A DNA stretch of 64,000 bases from Utricularia gibba (taxonomy: Eukaryota; Plantae; Magnoliophyta). Location of the stretch: assembly GCA_002189035.1 (NCBI GenBank), contig NEEC01000007.1:2294001-2358000 (forward strand), in the 5' to 3' direction. The position numbers and the translations under genes are program-made. Below the pieces are notes generated by a model. The model had not been told where the DNA came from. It did no database searches and saw nothing but the letters and a program-made list of their open reading frames with translations. This document shows, piece after piece, positions 24,262 to 34,621 of this stretch (positions within the stretch are counted from its first letter, which is position 1; every line of letters starts with the position of its first letter).

Positions 24262-25570
24262 ATGATGATGGGTTTCTCCTCTCAGCTCCTCCTCTTCGCG
24301 ATCGTTGCTGCGAGTGCTTGTAGTAGCGCTGCGGTTGCTTCTTCACGGACTGGTGGCAATCCCGTGTGCCCATTTCCCTACCTCTACCACTTCGGGGACG
24401 GCGCCACCGACGTCGGAAACTCCGTCCTCATTCAGGAGTCACTCCCGCCCACACGTGCACCCTACGGGCGGACGTATCCCGGCACCCCCAACGGGCGATG
24501 GTCTGACGGCCTCGTCGACTTCGACTTCGCGGCTTTCGACTTCGGCTTCCCGGATATCGTTCCTTCTCTCTCCGAAAGGGCCAACTCCAGCAACGGCGTC
24601 ATCTTCTCGGTCGCCAGGAGTCCGGTGATGGACCACGGCTTCTTCTCGCGGAGAGGCATCCGGATCCCACGCTACGCCACTTCCCTCGCCACCCAACTCG
24701 AATGGTTCCAAACCCACCTCCGGTCCGTCTGCGGCGGCGCAAACGCCTCCGACTGCATCGCCGACAGGCTCGCCAATTCGCTGGTGCTGCTGGGAGACCT
24801 CGAGGCCAACGACATCGGGTACGCCCTCACGCAGGGAAAGACCCTTCAGGAAGCGCAGTCTTACGTCGGCCCCATCACCAGAGAACAGATCCAGGCCACC
24901 AGGGTAACTAATCGATCCCCTTTTTGTCACAAAAAAAATACCAGTTGTGGCCATTCCTTCATACTGATATAATCTCCCTACTTGCAGCAACTCATCGGGA
25001 TGGGAGCAAGGCTCATCGTCATCCCGGGCAGCGCCCCTCTGGGTTGCTTCCCCTACATCCTGACCGCAATGCCCTCCGGCGACCCCACCGCCTACGATCG
25101 CCTGGGATGCCTCAGCAGCGTCAACAGGCTCATCACCATGAAGAACAACTACCTCCGGCAAGCCATCAACGAGTTGGGCAGGGAGTTCCCCAACGTCACC
25201 CTCATCTACGGCGCCTTCGACGAGGGCTTCCTCCAAATCCTCGACAGATTGAATCAAGGCAAGCCCTCGCATTCATTCTCCACCTGTAGTCGGCAGAGAT
25301 GCTCATCATTTATTTACCATTGATTCGTGCACAGAGGGTCATGCAGCCACCGCCCTGAGAGCCTGCTGCGGGATCGGAGGCGCGTACAACTACAGCAGCA
25401 ACAGATTCTGCGGCAGCGCCGGAGTGCCCGCATGCTCCCATCCCGAACGCCACATGTTCTGGGATGGAATTCACTTCACACAGGAGATCGCCGTCCGCAT
25501 CGAGCAAAGCCTCATCATCCCCACCCTCCAAGCTCTCAACTGCACAGCCCTGCCAACCGCCTTCTCCTGA
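24262..25570 (+). CDS. GDSL/SGNH esterase-like protein, copy B (intact ORF; signal peptide; catalytic Ser absent)
   Basis: Exons 24262-24903, 24988-25258 and 25335-25570 (second intron is GC-AG). Blocks FGDGATDVGN, PYGRTYPGTPNGRWSDG, GDLEANDI, GARLIVIPGSAPLGCFP, ACCGIGGAYN and WDGIHFTQ. Confidence 0.92.
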
Positions 25571-25863
25571 GGAATCACACCATTGTTTCCTTCTTCTCTT
25601 TAACCATTCTTTCATTAGTTCTAATGTAAAGTGACGTGCTTAATGTCATCCACTGGGAATGCATTCATTCACATGTTTGAGTTGCCCTGTTCCCATTCCA
25701 AACAAACTGTCACAAGACATGTCTAATCCAGGACTAGATCCATAACCCCAAGGAAAAAGATGCACACAAATTCCATCACGAGGGGTAGCAGCAGCAACGA
25801 TGTTCGTACGAAAACTGAAAACGATAAACCAACTGGGAGTTGGGGGCGAACCGGTCGAAATTT

Positions 25864-26033
25864 AAATACCGATCGAAGGAAGGTGGCCGGCCTCCTCTTC
25901 TTGGGCGGTCGTATGGACCAGGTCTCTCCCTGTAGTTTCTGCCTTCGTATCTCGGAGGTCCACCGGCACTGCCTCGGGCGCCTCCGTCACGGTCGTAACC
26001 CCTCTCCTAGCCATATCCATTCTGTGGGTATCC
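25864..26033 (-). pseudogene. C-terminal fragment of an RZ-1-type glycine-rich RNA-binding protein, with an in-frame stop
   Basis: The minus strand reads YPQNGYG*ERGYDRDGGARGSAGGPPRYEGRNYRERPGPYDRPRRGGRPPSFDRY, the typical RZ-1B/C tail. TAG at 26009-26007; no RRM or zinc knuckle nearby. Confidence 0.7.
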
Positions 26034-26150
26034 TTGAAATTCATAGGAAATTTTACTGTTTTGGGGCGTATCTCTTGACATCCTGTGCAATGAACAGACA
26101 GCAGCAAAACTGTACTAGGGAGGGCAAGATGCACCTCAAATACATGCAGA

Positions 26151-27736
26151 TTATAAACCTCCATTTCTCCTTAGCACTGCTGAGGAGGCAAGTTGTGTTA
26201 TACGATCAAAGTCTAACTTCACCATTGCCTTTTTGTCAAATATGGCATCTGATAAGACAACTGCGGATGCACCCCGAGAAATGTATTCATCCAAGGACTC
26301 TGTAATACAAGATAGTTTGAAGTTTGACTATCAATATGTTAGTTGAAGTTTTAAGCCTTTGCAGCTAACCTAATGTGATGCCCTGGGATGCAACCAATGG
26401 GATATGAGGAAATGGTTTCTTTATCGCAGCTATGTAACTCACCCCACCCAATGCAGATACAGGATATACCTAAAATTGTGACAGCAAAAAACCAACATAT
26501 TAGGTACACGTACAACTAAAGGTACAGCAAAAAACCACAAGCAAACAATGCACGGCACAGGTTTAGGGTAAGGAGTTCACCTTGCCAATCTGGATATCAA
26601 GTTAAATAGAACGGAAATAGCTCCGAGAACATATGAAACTTAAACAAAAAAGAAGAAGACGCCGCTTACCTTGACTATCTTGGCACCAGCATTGAAAGCA
26701 GAAAATATCTGCAGAACTATAGAGAAATGAGTAGCATCATCAGATAATGTGTTAGAAGAAAGAAAGAAAAGGGGGATCTGCATACCTCCCCCGGAGTCAT
26801 TGCTCCTGGGATGAACAAAGCATTGTCAGACGTAATCCCAAGAATCTCCTAAGATCATCAAAGTCCTCAGTGAATATTCAAAACAATGACTATCAGCAAA
26901 TTTAGTCGGAGATAAGTTACCTGTATCATTACAGGACTCATGAGGAACTTAGCTCCTAAATCCAATGCCTTTTCAGCATCTGATACTTGCAAAATGGTTC
27001 CAACCTATTTGGGATGTAGCTTGCGTGAGCTGTTTATGTAGTAATGGTCAATTCAAATTAATCCCCTCCCATCACACTTACTCCTATTGATGCTGAAGGA
27101 TATTCTTGAACCAAATAGTCCAAAACCTGAAAGGAATAAGGAATGACGTCAGCTTACAAATTTCCAAGAATGATTATATAAAGACGTGTAAGCCTTCAAA
27201 TTTTCACCTCAAAAACACCAGGGGTAGACATGGTAACCTCTAACTGCAAATTGTTGCAAAACAAAAATGCATCAGCGAAGCTAAGATCAAGATGTTTGCA
27301 AGAATACATCCTTCAGCAGCCCAGTTTCCAAACCAAAGAGAAATCAACTTACAACCGAGACTCCTCCAGAAAATGCTGCTTTAGCAGCCTGAACTGCCGT
27401 TTCTGCACTAAACAGAAGAGTGGCCAAAGTGCTGTAGACAATCACCACTAGAAACAAAACAGTTGAAGGAATGCATATTCAAACGGTACCTGGGGCTCGA
27501 AGACACGCAATCACGCCTGAATCTTGAATATCCCTTAACACTTCCTCACCAACACCAACTCGAGTGTTTCTCTTAGCATATTCCTGGTTGCAGCTCCTGA
27601 TGTTGTTGTTAGAGAGGAGCGGCTTAAAGCGGCAACAATGCCATAGGGGTGTCGTGGGTGAGTGACTCGCTTTAAGAATTGAGAAAGGGAGAGTTTGCGA
27701 CCAGACGCCGCTGCCGCCGGCGACAGCCACAGCCAT
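26151..27736 (-). CDS. EDA: KDPG/KHG aldolase (Entner-Doudoroff aldolase family), plastid-transit-like N-terminus
   Basis: Spliced motifs GVIACLRA, LEVTMSTP, GVGTI, GAKFLMSP, PGAMTP and GAKIVK/VYP (Schiff-base Lys), then VASQGIT and GASAVVLSDAIFDK. Stop at 26153-26151. Confidence 0.9.
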
Positions 27737-28141
27737 GAGTCTATCGCCTCCTCCTTCCACGAAACATGTGGGCGAGCCCCGATTCCGCACGGAAAAGATA
27801 TGATACATTGGACACAGCCCAATTTCATGGGCCGAGTTTCACTTATTAAAAAATATTATTTTTTTATAGAAATTATTGAAGTAAATTATGAATTTAAATT
27901 GAATATTCTAACATCAAATTCAACTAGGAATTTTAAAACTCTTGCACACGAATCAAAAGTTGATTTATCGGGCAGGGAAAGTATGATGTCAGTTCCACCG
28001 GCCAACAAATGGACTCTCAAATCCCATCAATTGTTCATCACCACGTGGCATTTTGGCCAATGAGCGAGCACCGCCCTGGCGCGTATTGGAGGAATCTCTG
28101 CAAAATGTGGCTACAAAACGACAATACAGAAGCTCCCTCCC

Positions 28142-30156
28142 TCAGGCGTCACCGGAAACTCCATGGTTCTGTCTCTCTTCCTCCTCCGGCGACTTCAGGT
28201 ACCATTTCTTCAGGCGGCTCGAGGTTTTCAGCACCTGATGGAGATGATCAATCAGTTATCGATCCACAAAACGAACCAAAAAATGTCAAAGTTGGGGAGG
28301 AAGGAGATGCTTACCTCCTCATCCCAGTTGGTTCTCCACATCATGAGGCTGAGGGCAAGAGTCACCAGCACCACCCCACTCAGCATTCCTATCCAAATTC
28401 CCTTCATCCCCATTGATCGGAAAATAGGTGAGTTTTCTTCTGTTCGGGCATGTGTCTAACTAAGCAGAATGAAAGCAGTTACCTTGACTTGGAGGTGAGC
28501 AGCGTATCCAAGAATGATCCCAAGCGGCAATCCGACCACATAGAAGCACCCGAAGTTGATCACCGCAACCGTCGCTTGCAGCCCGGCTCCGACCGCCACT
28601 CCTGTCGGATCATTAGGATGGCATGGGACGCTCGTGGTTGTTGTGGAACCAGAAACCAGTATAGCGTGTTGTGGAATTACCTGAGAAAACTGGGTATATG
28701 CTGTTGAACAGCATGGAGAATCCGAGGAGAAGGGATAGATCAGCAATGCTCTCTCCGACCGCCGCATCTTCGCTGAAGAATTGGCCAATTTTTCTCCCAA
28801 AGACGAAGCACAGGATGCTGAATACCAGCCCTATGGTGATGGAGTTTGACAGGATGACTTTGATGGAGAACTTCACAGCCTCGGCGTCGCCCCGTCCGAG
28901 CTCATTCGCAACACGGACACTGTCAAGCAACTGGTGTTAAACACTCTCCAGAACATCTTCAGAAAATGAGATTACAGTTGCTTTAAGCATACCATGCAGC
29001 TCCAAGGAGACCTAAGCAGGCCATCAGCTCCCATGCATTGATGTTCAGACTGTAATGCACTTGCTCGTCATGTTCAAAGAGGAGCTGGAGATTAGATAAT
29101 GGAGATCTATGAGAATTACACAGAGCTCTCACCATACTGAGAAGGCTGATATTGCAACTTCTGCATCTTTCATGTATCCGGCCAGTAAAACGAGAATGGC
29201 AGTGTACCATAACTCCAAGCTGAATGAAAAGGGATGAATCATATCTTGTTTTTTAAGAAAAAGTGAACGTAGAGGCTTACCAGATCATGAAACCAGAAGA
29301 TATGGAGAGTCTAACGACAGGGAAAATATCGTTGAATGCAGCTGTGCTAAAGCCTTTCCATGTATCAGGGCACCACCCACCAAAAATGTACACGAATTCA
29401 GAGATCACAACAAACCAGGAGGATATGTTGAGGGCAATCATAGCTCCTTCAACTCCCCACCCAAGCATGAAGACAAAGCTCCAAGACAAAAGGAGATGGA
29501 GAGCAAACTGGATAATGGATAAGTAAGCAATGATGGAGTTTCTCTGCTGTGCTTGTAGGTACATTTGAATTGTCAAGCTAAAAACCAGAGAGTAGTCGAA
29601 AGGAATGAACCAGACTGAAATGCGGCCCGCAGCTGCTGCAATGGGATGCTGCTCACCAAGCAGACGGAATAACGAGCCCCCGAATACAAAAAATGGAATA
29701 AAGATTGTTAAAGTAACAAGATCCACTATCCATGATCTTTGCAAGAAAATACCCATCATGTGGTACTGCTTGGCCCCAAAGGCTTGCCCACAGAGGGTTT
29801 CTGTGGCACTTGACATTCCAATCTATTGAACAGGAAAAACATATAAACTAAACATTCCAACGAAGCCCATATATAAGCAAATCTATCCCAGATATGTGAG
29901 GCAAGATTACCAAGACTCCATTGATGAAACGAACAAGCAGAGTTTGAACAAGGGCATATCCAGCAAGATCCTCTGAACCAATATGGCCAAGAAGCGACTG
30001 GGTCACGATTAATGTTCCGAATGAACAGACTCTCGCAATAACACTCGGCAAAGCAATCCTCCATATTTTCTTTGTTTCTTCACAAAAACGTGCCTTCAAA
30101 TTCCCCTCTTGACCACTCCCTGAATCAAGCAGCCTCTGCTGCAAGTCGTTCGCCAT
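28142..30156 (-). CDS. DTX: MATE efflux transporter (DETOXIFICATION family)
   Basis: Motifs EETKKIWRIALP, GMSSATETLCGQAFGAKQYHMMG, LELWY, SVRVANELGRG, GVAVGAGLQ and GIWIGM..WRTNWDEE. All junctions are GT-AG and in frame. Confidence 0.93.
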
Positions 30157-30941
30157 TTCTGGAAGAAGAAGAATTAGCAAATGTGAATAGAAGGAGTGCT
30201 TGGTCCACTATTCTAGTCTAGTCCCAATAGAATGATTAGACCTTTAAGGCTAAACCTACCCGCAGAAACTCCAAAAGTCAGAATACAGAGTGCAAGTTCT
30301 TCGAAGATGAGCTTGATTTTAATCCACCTGTTATTACCCAATGAAAGAATCTTTCTAGCTGAACCTCACGGTTACCGGAATCAACAATTTCAAAACGATG
30401 CGATATCCCAGAAGAGAAGAAAGATTGGACAGAAACGAGTCCTCTTGCAGCAAATTCTTGCCGCAGTGGTACACACACGTCACCACCCACGCTAACTACT
30501 GCATTTAATGCCTATGCCGTTCCCTAAACCACATGTCTAGGGGAACCCGCCATCTTTATATACAGTTTTTTTTTTTTTTTTTTTTTTTGTGGAGCCATCG
30601 CCGACGGTTGAACGGCCACCCACTGAAGAGCGCCAGCCTCGTCATTCTTCTTCTTCCACGGCAGCTGGCACGTGATGGTAAGTTACCTAATTTTGATTGG
30701 TGGATGGGATTCGTTACAACCAACTAGATTTCCCGGCCGTCCCTTTTTGGACAAATCTATTCGAAAAGTTAAATTATATTATAATTTTCTGACATCTGGA
30801 AAACAACACCACGAACGAAGAAGTGAAGAAGAGAACTGGGGTGAAGAGAGACAAAAGTGTCAATGCTTTGTGGGCATTATTTGTGTTCCTTCAAATCGCA
30901 AACAACAGAAGAACAGAAACACGGAGAAGACCAGGAGAACT

Positions 30942-32444
30942 TCACAGCCTCTTCAAGCTTTTCTTTCTTGAATCCATCTTCTTTTTGTCCGCTGGAACTT
31001 TAGATAGCCCTGTTTCCTTCTTCACAACCGATGATGCGGCCGCCTTGGATTCGCTCACTCCCATCTCGGGTGCTGCTGCAAGGTGGGGGTCTTGGCAGTT
31101 TTCGGTTTTTGGAGCCAAGGGAGAAGGCAATGGTGTCGCAGCTGCAGCTGGAGCGATTGCAGCACTCTTTGCATCTGTGCACTTGGTTGAAGTGTTTGTC
31201 TGCTCTGTGTTTACAGCGGTAGGGAAATCTGAGATGGCCCCTGTTTTGGGTTTTGGCTTCGCCTTGAGAGCATGTATTCCTGTGTATAGCCTGAACATTT
31301 GTATCAAATAGTTAGGACTGCCGAAGCCTGGCTTTCATATGCTAGACAAATTCATGATGCCCAGATATTAACATCAATCCAAATAACAAGAAAATAACAT
31401 CAATCCGAAGGATAAGAATCCGCACAGTTTTGTTTTTGATTTCGGAACAAGGCGGCAAGGCAGGTCTTACCTAGCATGTCTTGCATACTCATCGTAATTA
31501 TCAAGCAGCATCTTGCCCGCCTGCTCATTGAGGGCGGATTCAGGAAATGGTTCAATGAGTAAGCATCTGATGACCTGTTTTTCAGCAATGTGCAAGATGA
31601 TGATCAACAGCATGATGAGCCATCATGCGCTTATGGATAAAAGTCATAACAACTGAAAAGACTTACTGTTAGAACATGGCGCAATCCAAGAGTTGGGTTC
31701 CAATCCTTCTTTAATGCGTTCACGCAAATCTCACCATTGGTTGAGATGTTGGGATGAAATATTTTGGTCAGGAAAAAACCTTGAAATATGATTCTCAGTG
31801 AGTTTAAAATGGATACAGGTTCTAAGTAGCTCATTCAATACAGAAAAGATTATGCTTCCCATGTAGAGGAAATCAAAACTGATCTAAAGGAATTAAATGT
31901 AAACTAGAGAATTTTTTTCTTTGATCAGTAATAAACTACAGAATTTATTTTACCTTTTGGAGGTGACTGAGGAAAATCGTGAGACAGAGTCAATTTCATT
32001 CGAAAGATGCCATTTTCATATGGGGTCCCAGCTGCAGGAACTCAGAGTTTATCAGTAAAAAAACTCAACCATGAAGAACGGTTACTAAGCTTAAGAGATC
32101 ACTACCTGGGCCTTCAATGTCAGCATAAATAGTGGAGAAGTTATCCTCATTTATGCGTACTTTGATGCCTTCGGGAGGCACGTCATTGAGATTCTTAAGT
32201 TCCCTTGCCAGTTGCTTAACAACATTTGGAGGAAGATTCTCGTTCGTTGCCTAAAATCATATGGGCAATTTCAAGTCATGAGAGTTTTTTTTTTTTTTTT
32301 CTGCCTATAGAAGATAAAAATCAAAATACTGTTTATCTGTTCCTAATGAAAAGGTGTGCAAAAGACTATGTTCATCTGATCATGGAATAGTGCATACGGT
32401 AAAGAGAAGAGGATTCATGCAGGATGAACCAACAAAATTACCAT
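30942..32444 (-). CDS. UBC22: Ubiquitin-conjugating enzyme E2 22 (UBE2S orthologue)
   Basis: ATG/GT micro-exon at 32444-32442, then [21 protein letters not shown], active site [19 protein letters not shown], and a basic C-terminal tail KKSLKRL. Confidence 0.93.
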
Positions 32445-34621
32445 GGTACAGGCTGTAGCGAATCACAAGATACTTTCTTGACTGTGAACGGAAATGGAAT
32501 TCACCAAACGGCCAGCAATATTGGGATAGAAGACTTTGAAGCCACAAATCTACGGTACTGCAAATACAAAGGGGATAAATAATCACGAAAATCTCATAGA
32601 GAGAGCTTTCCCAAGGAAGACATTAGCATAAACCCCAGGCAAGAAACTTTGAAAAGAGACAGCATATGATAAGGACTATATCAAAAAACTCCTATTACTT
32701 CATAAGTCAAAAATGATCCACCTCAATATCAATAGTTTAAAAAAAACAGCTAATAATTGCGATAAGGTACACAACACTACTCTCTGAGGCTTTCCAGACT
32801 CTGAATAAAGCACTTTCGAAATCTACTCTGCACCTAAAGAACTAGGCCTGAGGATAACTCAACTAAGCAACCAATTCGGAATTTGGCAAAAAACATTTCT
32901 TTGCTCAAAATGCAACGCGATCATGAGAGTAAAAAACAATACGCGTCAAACCCAGTCCGGATGCGAAAGCTGGTAGCCCACGTTACACAAACCTCACAGG
33001 ATCTCCCGAAGTGGCAAGAACCCAACACAGAAATCAGACGGAAAAATAACAAATCCTCAAAAATTACGGCATTGTAGGAAAAAATTCGTATTCATCAAAA
33101 GAAACCCGTCGACTTCACCCCATGCTGACCTAAATATAAAAAGAAAGGAGAAAAAAAACCCAGTTCAGAATAACCTTCAAGAAATGGCTCCTCGGGCTTC
33201 AGAATTTCCCAAATTCAGCCACAACTGGAATCCAGCAACGTATCTGTGCCCTCAAACTGACCCAGGAATTGATTTACCGTTTTCTATCGGCGAGACAGAG
33301 AGCGTAGGGAGAGAGAGAAGTCTCGAGAAATCGCCAGTATTAGGACAGAAGAGGGATGGAGGCCCAGATATGGCTGTCACCACTCCCGACTTGCTTTCGC
33401 CACTCCGATATTACCGTTACACTTGCACCTTCAGCCGTATCCACCCGCTTCATAAAGCTGTCGGCAATTCAAAAATCAAATTCCAAATAAAACAATCTAT
33501 AATGAGACATGAAATCTGAACCGTTCCTCACTTCAAACTTATATCTCCACCGTTCATTTTTGCCCCCAACACCCCTTAAGCGGCTGTCTCTCGCCCCCAG
33601 CTCTATTTAATTTAAGACTTTAAATAGTGAAATATAAATCATACAAAATACTAATTTAATAAAATATTTATTATAGAAAATTAAACCACCAATTACTTTA
33701 GAGCATGTGTTGCTAAAAAAACATTGACACTATTTGAAAAATTGTGATTAAATTGTTTTGAATTATAAATCGTAGAATTAAATTTAAACTAAAAAATTGA
33801 ATTATAATTCATTCATAATTGTATCAAGTTTTATGATCCAGTTTTGGATAGTTAATCAAACCCGGAAAAGTACTGTTGGTGGGACAAGAGGATTCTTAGC
33901 AAGGAATTTGAGTATTTAAGAGAGCAAAAATTTAAATCGGTTAGTGATATTATCTCATATTACTTATGGATAATGGAAGTGATATGTTTAGATAGAGAGA
34001 TAATATTAATATTATATGAGATTTTTTTTTTCAAAAATGAAAAACATAAAATCATAAAAATTGGATATTCAGAACAAATAATATCATATAATGAGAATAT
34101 TGATTATTTTTTTATTTTAATTTTGTAATTAAAATATCAAATAATTTTTTAACATAAAATTAATGATTTAATTATGATATGAATCACGATTGAACTATTT
34201 AAATCACAAATTACTCATAAACAGTTCATAGTTTTTTTAACCATTTAAAATAATGATTTCTTCTTAAATGATATAAATTTTCATAGATTTTTTCAACTTT
34301 TTTAGTTAAACAAGTAATAGAAAATCAAATTAAATAATAAATAGAATTTTCAGTTTTTGGAGATAGTTACTATACTGAATAACTTTCATGCCAAATTACA
34401 GAAAATTTACGATTCCATTTGAAATTTTATGTATAAAATAATTATAAAAATATGTTTACAAAACGCGCAAAATATATATTATTTAAAAATGTTTAAAAAT
34501 AAGATGTACTCAAAGGCCTTGTTCCAGAAACAGCACAGGTGTGTTTAGTCTGCTGATGGTGGTAGCTTTTACACAGGAAGAAGCTGCTCAGCGCTGAGAT
34601 GAGAAGGGGGTAAAGATCAGC

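Larger units (their letters stand above)
22837..25577. repeat. Near-perfect inverted duplication: arms 22837-24150 and 24263-25577, spacer 24151-24262
   Basis: The reverse complement of the left arm matches the right arm everywhere I compared them, and the ORF-track peptides from the two arms are identical. The only difference found is G4 (23925-23928) versus C5 (24485-24489). Confidence 0.97.

Noticed and set aside
23142-25272. Long opposite-strand ORFs (269 and 277 aa) over the GDSL arms
   Set aside because: Shadow ORFs of GC-rich coding sequence with no recognisable domain; they are duplicated only because of the palindrome.
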